Source of the DNA: Candidatus Cloacimonadota bacterium
GTDB taxonomy: Bacteria; Cloacimonadota; Cloacimonadia; G963667145
Reading direction: 5' to 3'
Assembly: GCA_963676615.1 (NCBI GenBank)
Contig: OY781092.1
Coordinates: forward strand, 1,506,357-1,570,356
Length of the DNA stretch: 64,000 nucleotides
Position numbers and translations under genes: made by a program. Below the pieces are notes generated by a model. That model searched no databases and was not told where the DNA came from. It saw only the letters and a program-made list of their open reading frames with translations. Of this stretch, positions 21,001 through 36,000 are shown in pieces; position 1 is the stretch's first letter; each line of letters opens with the position of its first letter.

Positions 21001-24000
21001 GTTTGACTACAGTGGGCAGAAGCGTGCGTGTGAACTATATTTGTCCAAACGACTGGGTCGATTCGGTCTATTTCTATCGAGAAAAAGCTGGCGAACCAGA
21101 TGCGGCGTATTTGGTGAAAGTAATACCTAACGCCGGAGCAAATGTTCCAGCGGAGTTTTATGACGAAAAAGGTTTGACGATGTATCAAAAGTATGCATAC
21201 AGAGTTAAATTTTACAAAGGGTTGACTGGATTTTCTGAGGCTAGCGACACAATTTGTGTTACCACGCCAGTTTTGCCTCCAGACAATCTGGACGCAACAG
21301 AAGGCGAATATGAGGATATGGTCCTCCTTACTTGGGATGGAGTCTCTGGCAACACGGTAGAAAAACTGAGCTATAATGTTTATGTGGACTCCACGCTGAC
21401 AGGGAGTTTCCCAAATTGGAAAAACAACAATGCGAAAACTGCAAAACGAATCTCGCTACCGGGATCTCCTGCGCAAATTCCAGAGTTTGAAGTTCAGTAT
21501 GGGGTTAAATATCCAACAAATATTGGTGTTTCAGGAGGAGAATGGTTTAGCCTAGAGAGAGGAAGAAATTACGCTTTTGCCGTAAGCACCAATCCTAATT
21601 TTAATAATTTTGACGAAGTCAATGTCTCTGATGTGTCAGAGATAGCCATCGGTTATGCCAGAATTTCTACGCCTGAGATGATTTCGGCGAGCAAAGGCGA
21701 GTATTCGGACAAAATTGTGATAAAGTGGAAAGCGTCTAATGCGTATAAGCACAACGAGCTGGTCGATTATCAAATCTACAGAACCAACTTAACAACTGGA
21801 GTGGTGGACTCTTCGCTCGTGATGAAAGCCTCTGATTTGAACATTTCCAACGACACCGTCACCATAGAGCAAGAGGCGCAAGTTTACGATTTGAGTCCAA
21901 AAGTTAAATACTCCTATACTGTTAAAGCGTTGATGGGCGTTGACGGCAACAGAACGGTTGCGCACGCATCTCTTATGAGTCCTGTGCCGTATTCTGGTTG
22001 GCTAGCGATGCCTGCTCCAGAGGAGTTTAGAGCCAGCGACGGAATTTCCACAGACTCTATCTATTTGCAGTGGAGCAACGACGACAAATTTATCACGCAA
22101 CTCTATGCAAGCTATGACTTGGCGACTTTGTGGAGCAACCAAATTTCTACAACGCAAGATTCGCATTATACGGTGCAAATCCTCAAAAAAGAAGACCAAG
22201 GACGCTACAGGCATTTTGGGGCTAAATTTTACGATCCAGCTTTTGGCTCGTCGAAGCCGTCTTCTACTTGCCAAGATTCTGGTTTTGCTCTTTTTGATGG
22301 CGTGCAAATAACCTCGGTAAGCAAAGGCGAGTATTTGGATACGATCAAAATCGTTTGGCCAGAAACTCCAAATGCGGCTTACTACGATGTTCAATATTTG
22401 GAGAAAGGAACTTCTAACTGGTCAACAGAGATAAATGTACCAGTCCAAGAGTATAAAATAAAAAGCTTTAATGGAACAAACAGAGGTAAAGCTTTTTATG
22501 TTCGAGTCAGAGCGACTAACGATATTGTCAGGTTCCTCGCAGATGAGGGGTATGGACCAACAGACTCTGGCTTTACGCAATTGGATACGGTCTTTGGTTT
22601 TTCTGCTACAAAAGGGGAAATCCCAGACACAATCGCTCTTGCTTGGTCGGAGATAACTAACGCTACCTCCTACAAAATTTACAGATCTACCGCTATTGAT
22701 GGTGAATTTATTCAAAAAAATGCGACAAGTGATTTGAAATACGAAGATCACGAGTTGAGCTTGAACTATGGCGAGGTATATTTCTATAAAGTGCTGGCAG
22801 TTAACGAGTTAACCGAGACTTTGCCAGAAGCTTATCAAAACTATTCTCGGGTAGATTCTGGCTGGATAGACATCCCACAACCACAAAATGTTACGGCGAC
22901 AAAAGGGACGTATAAAAACAGGATTAAACTGACATGGGATGTGCTTCAGAGAGTTGAAGGGTATATCGTTGATACAGCGCAAGAGAACGATGTCGATGAA
23001 TATGGCGTGCTAGATACAATCCGCCCAGCCAGCCAAGGAGAGCTTAACGCTTATGTGGACGAATTGCCAGGTGGCAAATTTAAGCGCGGAGTCAGATATT
23101 TCTTCAAGGTCAGAGCGTTCTATGAGAATGTTGCCAGCAGTTTGATTTATGCAAATCAAGATAACGGCTATATTCCGCTGAACATTCCAACAAATGTAAA
23201 AGCGTCTAAGGGGACGAGCGACAGCACAATTTTTGTTTCGTTCTTGGCGTCAGACGGACTTTTGGGAATAGACAACTATGTCATTCAGCGCAGGTCTAAA
23301 CTTTCTGGCGACACCACAGAAGTCAGCTTGAGCTCAAACACTTTCGGTTATTCTACCAACGAAGATACAATCAAAATAGAAGATAGAAACAGCTTGCAGC
23401 CAAGCAAAGGATATGTTTACGATTATAGAGTTCGGAGCAGAATTGGCAGCATCACATCTGACTGGAGTGCATGGAGTGACTACGGTTGGCTGAACCTAAG
23501 ACCGCTTGAAATACGAGTTGCAAACGAAGAAGACTCTTTGATGACCGATTCGATCAAGGTCGCTTGGGACACAGAAGCGTCACAATTTAAAGCTGTTAAC
23601 AGGTTAGACATTTACTACGACACAGTTGCTTTGAGTGCAGATGGAGACTGGAAAGACAAGCTGGTCGTGGACGATATGGACGAGCTGGACAAAGGCTACA
23701 TAATGATTACGACGCAAAACAACGCGAACTTCTTGCCTGCAACGATGTATTGCTTCAGAGCAAAAAGTTGTCGTTTTGAGGACGCTATCGAAATCTCGTC
23801 TGCTTTTAGTGCGCTAGATTCTGGCTGGTATAAATTGCGTGCGCCAAAGATAACCTACGCTTCTATTGGCGAGAGCGCCGACACGATTACAATTCGCTGG
23901 GAAAGACAAGCAGATTTGCCTCACGGCAGCGCCGCAGAAATGGAGTATGTCATCTCCAGAGGTTCGACCAAAGAGTTCAAGAGGCTCGTCAATGTTGACT

Positions 24001-27000
24001 TCTATAACGACACGCTGGAGATTGAGCCAGGAGTGAGCCATATCTATACTGTCACGGCGGTTCATCCGCGCTATCTCAGTTCTGTGGCTAGTGCTCCAAA
24101 AAGAGGTTACGCGAAACTTTTGCCGCCTATTTTGACAGAGGTGAAAGCCGACAACCAAGCGAGCCAGATGAAGATTGAATGGGTTTATCCGCTAGAAGAT
24201 TTGGACGAAATTGACAGCTTCTATTTGTATCGCAAGACAGCTTATGACGATCCAGAGAACACTCCTGTTTACAGCACAAACGCTGTCGCTGGAACTGAAA
24301 CATACACTTGGGTTGACGACGATTGCACTTTGGGACAAGAGTATTTTTATTACCTTAGGGCTTTTAAAGCGGGGATGATAATTTCAGACACCTCAAATGT
24401 TATGAGCGATGTCCTAAAGTTGATTGTGCCATCTATCACAAGCGCCAGCAGAGGCGAATATACAAACAAGATAGATATTGCTTGGACGGGAACAAAAGAC
24501 GCAAAAGAGTATGTAATCTACAGAAGCCAAACTCCGTCGTTTGATGTCATTGACACTGTGGACACGGTTGCGGCTTTGCCAACAAGCTACCTTGATGATA
24601 ATAACGGCGTGGGGCTTGCTGACGGAGAGATTTACTACTACAAAGTCGCCTCAAAAAGAGACAAAAACATTTCAGAGAAGAGTGGATATTATGGCGGATA
24701 CACAAAACTGATAACGCCAGAGATTACCGAGCTTTCTCAAAATACCGAAAAGATTAAGCTGAAATGGAGCAAAGAGGGTGGAAACGCAAACTCGTCTGGC
24801 GAGGTTTTTGTTGGCGAAGATCTTGAGGTGTTGAGTCCAGAAGATTCCACAACTTTGCAACAAGATTCTACGACAGACCTTATCTCGGCATTTGCTTCTG
24901 GAGCACTTTGGTTTGTGAAAGGCAAAGAGTATTACGCCAAAGTTCGGGCAAGTATCACAAAAACCAACATCGTTATGATCTCTGGCGGCAGTCAAGAGAG
25001 CTTTGAGATTGTTTCCGATTTCTCTGGCACCAAAAAATTCTTTAGCAAGCTGGAAAACCCAGTGCTCACTGTTCACAGCGGGAAGTTGGACACTTTGCTG
25101 ATTGAATGGAACAGAATGGACGGCGATGTTGTGAGCAATATTGATGTAGAGTGGACGGAAAAAGATAATCCTGCGCCAGACACATTGAGGACGACATTTA
25201 TAAACGACGGCACAGACTCTACTGGCAGAATAAAAGTCGCTTATACGGGAGCAGACAAATTGCTGCCAGCGGTTGTTTATAACTTTAGGATTAAGTTCAA
25301 AAGAGGGCTTGTAACATCCGACTGGAGCGAAACAGAAGAGGGCTGGACGAAGCTTCCTGCCCCAGAGAATTTGGTCGTTTCCAAAGGTGATTACGAAGAT
25401 TCGCTAAGGTTCCGCTGGGAGAACTATCGCGGCAACACCGACACTTTGCAAGACTCCACCTATAAATACCAAATCCAGTTTTACGACGGCAGCAACTTCG
25501 TGAATTTGGAAGGAGGTGCTATCACAGACAAAGCCGACTTCTACGATGTTACTTTGTCGATGAAAAATATTTTAACCAGAGGTGTGATGACGCAGTTCCG
25601 CATCAAAGGCGATGTTGATCCAGCTTCCTCAGTTCTCGCACAAAGCAATAATTTGAGCCAAGATTCTGGTTTCACAAGGTTGATGACGCCTATCAGCTCT
25701 GGAACTCTAAGCAAAGGGCTTGAGGGCAAAATAGAGATAGAATGGGAGACGAACCTTGTAGATAATGCCACAATTCAGGCTTACAAAAATTTGGGTGTTG
25801 AGTATCAGATAGAGCGGAGAAAGTCTGGCGATGAGTTTATGGACTATATTTTGGCAAGCGTGGACTCTTTGACCAAAATCACATACGACGACAAAGCAGG
25901 GCTAGACCCAAGAGATATTTACTACTATCGGATGAGATTTTTCAGCCAAGTCTATTATGACAGATATAGCGATGTGAAAAAAGCGACATCTCCTTGGGTT
26001 GTAATCGACGATAGCGGAAGCGTTAAGATGAATCCGCCAAAGCTGAAAGTGAACGAAGAAGGGGAGTTCTTTACCGACAAGGTTGAGCTAAAAATAGAAA
26101 GAGCTTTGGGCTCCGATAGCGCCTATCTGTATCGTGATCTGAACAACGACAAGAACTTCGAGATAATCGATACGATAAAATATGGAAGCTCTGTTGCGCA
26201 AGGCGGCTATCTTTTCTACAAAGACGAAAAAGATATAGAGTCTGGAAATTGCTACACTTACTATGCGGTGGCTCTTTCTGGCTCACGGAAATCTTCTGAT
26301 GGTCAAAAACTGCAAACTTTCACCAGATTGGAAGCCCCAGAAAATGTAAGAGCCAGCGAGGGCGAGTTCGATAACAAAATCGTCGTTAAGTGGGACACTG
26401 TGTCCAGAGCAGAGGGCTATAAAATCAGATTCTACGAAGTTTTGACAGACAAGCTGGTAGATTCTGCAGAGGTGAACAACCAAGATAGCGTTAAAATTTT
26501 AAAAGCCGTCCTACTCAAAAACATAAAAGTTGGGCAAGTTTATCGGTTCTCTGTTGCGGCGTGGAACAATATCAGCGTTTACCAAGGCAAAAAAATCTAT
26601 TCCGAGTCGAATTCAGCAGAAGGATTTTTGAAGTTTACTCTTCCTGAATATGTAACGCTTTCGCAAGATTCGGTCGGATTTATCAAGTTGCAGATTGGCT
26701 ATCCAGAGCCAGGTTTCGATTTGTTTATATATCGGAGTGCCAACAAAGCGACAAAAGCTGGAGAGTTGGAGAAATGGAGCGATTACACGAAAATTTCGGT
26801 AAATTTAACCTACAATGACGCAGAAAAAGAGTATGTTTGCCGAGACATTTTGTCCACAACTGGCGGAGTAGAGGGCGTGCAATACGCCTATATGGTGCAG
26901 GCGTATAAGAGCGGAATGCTTAATGCGATTTCGGACACATTTAAGACATATATAGAAAACGAGACAGGCGAAAAAACTGGCTGGTCTAAAGCGGGTGTCT

Positions 27001-30000
27001 ATCGTGGAGCGATCACGGCGACGCAAGGGATTTATCAAGATTCAATCGTTGTTGTTTGGGACGACTCCGAAGACAAAGAGTTTGTCGATAGCGTTCAATA
27101 CGAATGGGTCGAGTATAACAGAGAGACAGGAAAAGCGCAAGACTCTAGCATAACTGCCGACACAACTGTAACTCGTCGGTCTCAATCTCTTTTGCCAGAA
27201 AGCAAAGTCAAGAACGGCTACAAATATCAGTATAAGTTGCGCAAGAAATTTTACGATGCAGATGATAATCTCTATACGACTTCGGAAATTTCGACAATTA
27301 ACGCTGTCGGCTGGGCAACGATGGAGAAGCCGACAATCAGGCTGACCAAAAATGCAGCGGGCGATCTTGTTGTTGAGCAACAAAAGAACAACAATAAGTT
27401 CCAAGTTTACAAGAGCGTAAACGGTGCAGAGAGTGTTTTGGCGGCAACCATTGAGCAAGGCGGACAATATGTAGATTCTGTCGTTTACGACAAGCACAAC
27501 ATCGGTAAAGCTGTAGAATACAAAATCAAGACGATTAACACTTACACTGGCTTGGAGTCGGCGTTCTCAGACGCTGTGGACACATTCTATATGATCTACA
27601 GCCCGAAATATGCCGCGGCTAGCCAAGGTGAGTTCACCGACAGAGTGGAGGTCGAGTGGCAATGGGGTTCTGCTAGACCAGCGCTTGTTGATAGCTTTGT
27701 CGTTACACGCTACGATCTGGCTAATGGAGACACGAAGCGGTTCGCTTTTGCGGGCGTTGATGGTGCTCGCCTAGAATACAGAGGCAGCTTGCCAATGGGC
27801 ACAGACACTTGTCTTTTTGCCGACAAAGATGTCAAACAAGGCGTATCTTACCAGTATAGCATCAAATCTATGCGGGTAAATCCAGGCATTGACACAAGAA
27901 TTTCCCCAGACAGCGCTACGGCGACAGGCTATGCCAAGTTTGCCGCTCCGACGAACTTGAGCGCAACAGAAAACCAAAAAGAGGTTTTGATAACTTGGGA
28001 CTCTATCCGAAATCAAGGGACAGTGGAGAATTTTGTTATTTTCTATAATACCACAGAAGAAGGCACCTATTCGCAACTTCAATCTTTGGGAACAAATGTT
28101 GCTCCAGAAGACACATTCTTTACAGACACAGAGATTCCACAAGGAACAGTTCGTTGGTATAAAGTAGCGGCGTTCAACGAGATAAGCCAAGAAGGCGCTT
28201 TTGCTGGTCCAGTCAGAGGTTATGCTTTGATGGAGCCAATCTCGGGTGTTAAATGCTGGAGAGGCGAGAGCACCGACACGATTAAGGTCACTTGGAGTAC
28301 TTTGCCTGTGTATGAAAGCTATTATGTGGAGTGGAGTTTGAGCAAAGAGACGAATGCTGATGGACGCTTTACAAACAGATTGGACAAAAGAGGTTCTTTC
28401 ACAAACAGCAACTACAAGGCAGATTCTGTGATTATCCCGATAGTGCCAGACTCCCTGCGAGGCAGAAAAATCTATGTCCAACTTTGGGCGCAAAACGAAT
28501 ATGGCGGCTCAGAACCAGTTTTGGATAGCGGCTATGCTAGGCTCAGACCGCCAGCGAACTTTAGCGTAAGCAAAGGCACAGAGCTAGACTCGATCGAGTT
28601 TACTTACGCAAAAAGAATAGGCAGCAATGCAGAAAGCTATAACATCTACGCATCGACCAACAAACAAGAGTCGCAACAACCGACAGCAGCGGCGATAAAA
28701 ATTGAAGGTTATAATGGCATAGACACGACAATAGAAGTTGACCCGAACACAGAGGGATACTATTATTACGCAAGCGTTCAGGCTGTCAGCGATTTAGAAA
28801 ATGCGTCTTCCGATTTTGCGGTGGATAGCGGATACAGCCAAATTCCTGTTGTTAGCGACTTTGGCATAGAGGCGCTATCTTCTGGCGACATTGAGCTTAG
28901 CTGGATACCTGTGGATATCGGCGCAGAGACAGATAGCGTTAAATACAATGTTTATCGCTCCAGAAATAATGGAACTTTCTATTTGATAGCCGACAATTAT
29001 TATAGCGAGCCAGCTCAGGGGAAAATCAGGTTTGTCGATAACACTTGCGAGCCAGGAGATTTGTTTGAATATTATGTCGTTAGCGAAGCTAGCCAAAGAC
29101 CAACAGAGTTTAGGGTAATTTCGGACACTTCTGAGCACAAAAAAACTTCGGCACAAATCGGCTTCGTTAGCGGATTTGAGCAAGACACTTCATATTTCTC
29201 TAGCGCATTGGTTAACCTGAAATGGAAGCAACGAGGCGACATCGATTCGTATTATATCTATCGGAGCTCGTTTGCAGACACAGCAAAAGCAACCGAGATA
29301 AAAGTAGAGATAGCCAATGGCAACTTCTACTATTCTGACGCTTCATCTGCCGTTAGTGATAGCAGCGGAATGCTGTGGCACTATTGGATCAGGGCGCGCA
29401 AAAATGGCAATTTTGGTAACTGGACTCCAGTTGACGATCAGCAAGGATTGCTCGCCTACACAAGACCTGCAAAAACGAGCATCGTCGAGGCGAGCCAAGG
29501 CGTTTCGTCCGACACAATCAGAGTCGTGTGGAACAAAGTCGATTTTGTGAGCAATTATGTTTTGCAATATCGGGTTGAAAACAGCACCGAGTGGAGCGAT
29601 ATCGAAAGTATAGCCGACACTTTCTACACCTTGATGAGAAACAGAGAGAACCTGCAAGATGGCGTAAGATACGACTTTAGGGTTTATTCCGTGATAGAGA
29701 AAGATGCTCAGTCGCCAAAAGGATCTGACAATGGTTATTACGGAAGAGAGATGACCTCAGAGCCTAGCGATATAGAAAAAGGGTTTGTCAAGTTTGAAAA
29801 AATCAAGAATTTCATATTCCAAAGCGCAGACGACAGCATAAAGAGCGACACGATCCAGCTCACTTGGGAGAAATTAGCCGCAACCGAGATTGTTTATACG
29901 CTATATCGAAACACCATCGAGAATGAAGCAGGAGCTCAAGAGATAGGCAAAGTTAAAGATGTTGGCTCTTATTTGGATATCAGAAATCCAGGCGGCACTG

Positions 30001-33000
30001 TGCCAGAAGGTGGCAAGGAATACTATTATTGGATTACAGCTGGCAAAAACACTTTGGCTGGTTCAACAAGCGACAAGCAAGCTGTTTCTGTGATGAACGG
30101 CGCTAGTCCAGTTGAGGGTAGCTACGCTTGGTGTCTTTTGGAAGAGGCGGAAAATGTTTGGGCTTCTGGTAAAATGAAAGCAACTGGCGGTGATAACGAC
30201 GCAAGCGTGACCTACTCCGACTCTATCGTCATCAAATGGGATAGTGTGCCAAACGCAACAACTTACGCTCTCCAAGAAAAACGCAACGAAGGGAATTGGA
30301 CAAACATTACAGGAGCGGGAAATGTTGCTGATACGCAATTTGTCTGGAGTAGGACTACTGACGCACAAAAAGGCATTATTTATCAGTTCAGAGTAGCCGC
30401 TCAAAACAATTTGTGCGGAACAAACAACCCCGTATATTCCGAGCCAGTTAACGGCTTTGCCAAACTTTCTACGCCAAGGGAAGTAGAGGCTTACCAAAAA
30501 GAGAACGAAAACGGAATTTTCTTGAGATGGCAGCCGATAGATAACGCTCAAAAATATGTGGTTTATCAGACAGAAGATTTAGCAAAAGGGTTCAACAAGC
30601 TGCTAGAAGTTTTGGACGATGGCACAGACACGAAAATTGACACGGTTGACCTAGAGCCTTTGCCAGGGACAAGAAGATGGTATGTTGTAAGGGCGTTTAA
30701 CTCTGCAACTGGCGGCTCGGATACCTCGGAGATTGTGGACACTGTTTGCCCGATATTGCCTCCAGAGAACTTGAACGCAACCAAAGGCGAGAGCGAAAGC
30801 GAAGTAGTGCTGACTTGGAAGCTGAACGACAGAACTGCAGGCGTGAGCGGATTTTATGTTTACAGGACGAAGCCTGGAATGGCTGGTGGCGCTGCCTTTA
30901 GCCAAGTGGATTCGATAGGAGTTGTAACGAACTTTACTCAAACAGCTGGTGTTGCGACATTTAGGGACAAGCTGGGCGACGAAGTGAAAAATGGAGCGGA
31001 CACGACTAGAAGCGGCGTTAAGTATTTGTATGCAGTCAAAACATTCAAGAACGACGAGATTTCTGAGTTTACTCCTACAGCAGAACAAGACACTGGCTGG
31101 ATTGCGCTGCCGCAGATTAGCGGGTTGAGCGTTCCAGTAGTGAAAGCGGATGATAATTTCGTTCTAAAATGGAATAAAGGTAAAGATGTTAAAAAAGACA
31201 TTAACTATGTTTACAAGCGGATAAGGTATAAAGCTGGCAACCTTGACACAGTTTATCAATACGAAGAGAATTATAGCGTTATAAGTGACACCACTGCCAC
31301 AGATGCGCAAGGTCTGGAAAACGGTATGGGGTATCAATATTTCGTCAAAGCGTTCAACTCGGAGTATGTGGACGAGAGCAATCCAGAAATCTGGGAAAGC
31401 TCTGATAATCGTGGTTTGGTGTCAGAAGAGTGGTCTGAGGGAGTCTTTACTGGCAGGAAGTTTGCCAAACCAGTGATGCAGGTGGAGAGAAACAAAGACA
31501 GCTTGAAGGTGGACTCTATCTATATCGCTTGGGAGCTTAACAAAAATGCAACGAACTTTATTTTCGAGATTGATACTGTGGCTACTTTTAACTCTCCATC
31601 AAAAGATGAAAGAACTCAGGACGATCCAAACGGAGATTTCGAGAGTTTCTATTACACTCTTCAAGGCGGATTGCTGAAAACGCAAGTTTACTACTTCAGG
31701 ATGAAGATGGAGAACCAAGAGTTTAATAACGATATTTGGGACTCTCTGACTTCTGTGTGGTCGGAGCCAGACAGCGGTTGGTCGAAACTTGTTCCGCCGC
31801 TCAATGTAGCAGCCAGCGATGACCTTGTGGACAGCATTTTGGTAACTTGGGATAAATGGAACTGGAAAGATTCTGTTGAGTATCAAGTCGATTACATTAG
31901 TGGCATCGGCATGCCAGGTTTTGAGAAAACATACGGAAGCTCTTTGCAATATCGCTCGCCATATACAGAAGGAGCAAACATAATAACCGTAACCGCTAAA
32001 CACGCAAAATTTGGGAACTCTGCACCATCGGAAGCGGTGCAAGGCGTAGGCAAGTTGCCATCACCAGAGTTTACTCCAGGAAAAGAGCCAACCAAGGGCG
32101 ACTATTTGGACAGCATCTATTTTGAGATGGACGAAACCAGCGGTGGACTTAGTGAGGTAGATATTCGCTACAGGATTTTTGTTAGCCAAGACTCCACTTC
32201 GGACGAAATCTCTTCTGCTTCGCCAGATGCAGGCAATTATATCGAGTCAACCTCCGAAAAGATTGCCCTGAAACTGGATGACGGTTTCTATGCGAACCAA
32301 TATGGCAAAAAGCTATACATACGGATTGCTTGGGCGATAGGAACGGATTCTGAACTGTTTAGCCAAAAGAGTAAACTAGACTCTGGCTGGACGAAACTGA
32401 AAGCGCCGACCGCCTTGAGTGTAAGGGAGCTGGGAGCGCCAGACGACACAACTTCTATCGGAATTAGATGGAACCCTAGCGTTAACGCAGACAGCACGGT
32501 AATCTATCGCAGGCGCTATGAGAGCGGTGACGACTTTGCACCAATAGACACAATAGACAGCGAGACTACAGAGTTTATCGATTATCTGCCGATGGACGAC
32601 AGAACGAAAACCTATGAATACAAAGTGCAAGCGGTTAACAGTTTGCCGAACACTCAATCGGCTCTTTCGAAAGGCGTTGCCTCTTATGTGCCGAGCATTT
32701 ACGAGCTAGAAAATTTTGTGGCGACTAAGGGTAAAAAAGTTGACACGATCTCGTTCAGCTGGTCTGGCAATTTGGACTCTATCTACACTATTCAAGTGTT
32801 TGATGAAAATCCAGAGAACAATAGCACGCCTGAGCCAGTAGTGGTCTTGAACGGTTTGAAAGAGAGCGACGCGAACAACTGGGATGTGACAGAAGATAAT
32901 TGTCAAAGTGGAAGATGGTACTATTTCAAGCTTTACCTAAATGGAGACGAGAATAAGCCAGAGAGCTTGCGTTTTTATGTGGTTGACAGCGGATACGCCG

Positions 33001-36000
33001 GTATGGGCGAAATCGACAGAGCTTGGGTAGAGGTGACCAACGACACCAGCGAAATCGACTTGAACATTATGGGCAGTAATGTAGGCGACTCGGCTTTCAG
33101 CAGGTTCGATGTAACAAATGCGATGGCTTATGATTGGATCAGCAAAGCTTATCTTAGCAGACAAAATAACCAAACAGGAGTATATACGAGGATTGACACG
33201 CTGGACGCTGAAAATTTAATTTACACGGATAGATTTACGACGGGCTTTGGCAAAATCTACGACTATCGCCTTGAGTTTATAAATCAAATCGAGCCGGGCA
33301 GGACAGTAGATTATAAGACCTTTACGACTTTACGCAAACCGTCGAATGTTGCGTGGCAAGCCTCTACTTTGGCAAAAGACGAGATAGAAGTAAGAGTAAC
33401 CAACCCGACGGGAGTCAACGGGACAATCGACTCGATAGTTCTCTATCGTTCTGCGCCAAGCAACGCAGGCGAAATAGACACCTTGATTTATGCTTACACC
33501 GCAGGATTGAACACCAACGCTTTGGTTGACACAAAAATTTTGCAACGAGGACTGTTCTACTTCTACACAGCCGCTTTCTACAGCAAAACAACTGGTTTGT
33601 CTAGAGTTAGCGATCAAGAGGCTAGAGCTTACGCCAAGTTGACCTCTCCGCAGTTTATATCGGTAAGCGATGGAATAAACAAAGACACGATTTTCTTGAA
33701 ATGGAACAAAATAGAGAACGCTGTGAACGGTTATACGCTTTATCGTGACACTTCCGAAGCGGGAGATTGGGCGACAAGAGAAGTAGTGGCGACGCTGGAT
33801 AACAACACTGATACGACTTTTGACGACGAAACAGATTATGAGCAATGCAAAAAGATTTACTATCGAGTGGTGGCTAACGGATACGACACGACCTCTGTAT
33901 TCGATGAATGCGAAACAGGAATAGGTAGCAGGGCGTTTAGGGGCGTTACCGACTTTGCAGGTGTCGGCATACCAAAAGTGGATACGATGAGCTTTACCTT
34001 TAGCTTGCCACAAGGGGTCGCTCTAGATGGAACAACCTCTTACCCTTACTTCAAAAAAGGCGTTAAGCTGATGCGCTACACAAAGTTTGACAGCATCAAC
34101 AGCATTAGCAACGATTTCGCGGTGAAAGAGGATAGCATCTCGGTTGTGCAAAGCGGAAATACCTACACCGTAACCGACAAAAGCAAGCCAAAACTCAAAG
34201 AGCTTTACTATTACCGAGTGATATTGAGGGTCTCTGGAAGCAGCGGCGAGACAGATTTGTCGAACTACGCTTTGGGCTATCTGAAGCCGCCAGTGGTTGA
34301 AAATGTAACCGCAACGGCTGGAACGAAAGTTGACACAGTCTTAATCAAATGGGATAAACTGCCAAAAGAGAGCGTAATAGAAGATACGGTAACCTCTTAC
34401 ATTTTGGTCAGAAACGACAAAAATGGCGTAGAAATTGACAGAGTTACTCTCGGTGGCAGCGATTCGACTTTCAAAGATTACAACGGCAATAGCTTTGCCG
34501 AGCCTTTTGAGCCTGGAAAAGATTACACATACTATGTTTTGGCAAATGTTGAGTTCACAAGAGGAGGGACAGCGTATTCTATCAATTCCGAAAAAAGCGA
34601 AGTCGCCGATGGCTGGGCAGAGATGCAACCTTTGAGCGCAGAAGAGATAGAAGTAACCAAAGGAAACATCGACGATATCGACAAAGAGTTTGCTCCGCAA
34701 GTCGGGACAGACACAACCCTGACGATAAAGCTTACGGCGATAAAAGCGTATCAAAAATACATAATCGTCTATAGAAAGGTGGATGACTCGTCAAACAACT
34801 TCCAAAGGATAGACAGCATAGCGGGCGAAAATATCGTCGATTTTACAGACACAATCGTGAAAGCTGGGCAGATTTTGCGCTATCGCTTTAGGATAGGTAA
34901 CGACCACTTGTCGAGCAACTATGCAGACACGCTCGCCTATACGAACCTGAGACCTGTGACAAAGCTAGAAAAAGTCTCAACAACCAAAGATTATGTGCAG
35001 ATTAAAGTCTTTGCGGCGTCTTCTACCAAAAATGCGAAAGTGGATTCTGTAATGCTTTTGCGCAGCGACGAAACTGGCGTAGTTCTTGATACGGCGATAC
35101 ACGAAGGGTTTACGGGAGATTTTGCACTCATAAAAGACTCTGCAGGAAACCAAGGACAAAAATATACATATCAAGCGGCTCTGTTCAATAACTCCACAGG
35201 TTACTCTCCGTTTGGAACATCCGATGTTAGCCTCGGCAAAGATATCTCCGCTCCAACAATTTTGAATGTTTACGAGGGAGCCAGAGAAGACACGATCAAG
35301 ATTACTTGGTCGATGGTCGATGGCGCTGTAAAAGGGTATCGCGTGTATAGAGACAGCACTGGCGGAACGGGGCTAAACGATGGCGACTACGACTCGCTCT
35401 ATCAAACACCAGCGTCGCCTGCGTTTGAGTTTGCAACAGATACTTTCTATTCTGACAAAACAGAGTATCCAGCCGGCAAAAAGATTTACTACAAAATCGT
35501 TGCGATTGGAAAAGACAAAATGTCTGCCAGATCTGCGGCTGGTTTTGGCTACCTTAAGTATGGCGGCATTAAAGATTTGAAAGCTTTTGAGTGGCCAAAA
35601 AAGGGCAAAATCGACACAATGAGCTTGAGCTGGTCTATCTCGAACAACATTACATACGACTCAATCTTTATGGCGAGACTCAGCGAAGTTAACTATGTGG
35701 ACTCTGTGGATACGCTCAATAAGCATCTTATTCCGCAAAGTCAGATGAAAAAGAACATCGGCGAAGGCGAATATGAAAAAATCGGGGACTACGACCTTTA
35801 CACATACAACTCTACCTCCGACGATTTGCTGATAGGGCAGTTGTATTTCTATCGTGCAAAAGTTAGGGTCTCAGGAAGTTGGAGCGACTTCTCGAATGTT
35901 GCTATCGGCTATCTGGAGATGCCAAAAGTGAACAATGTTAGAGCCACCAGAGGCGTGGGTGATAGCATCGTCGTCACTTGGGACAGTGTGCCGCACGCAA

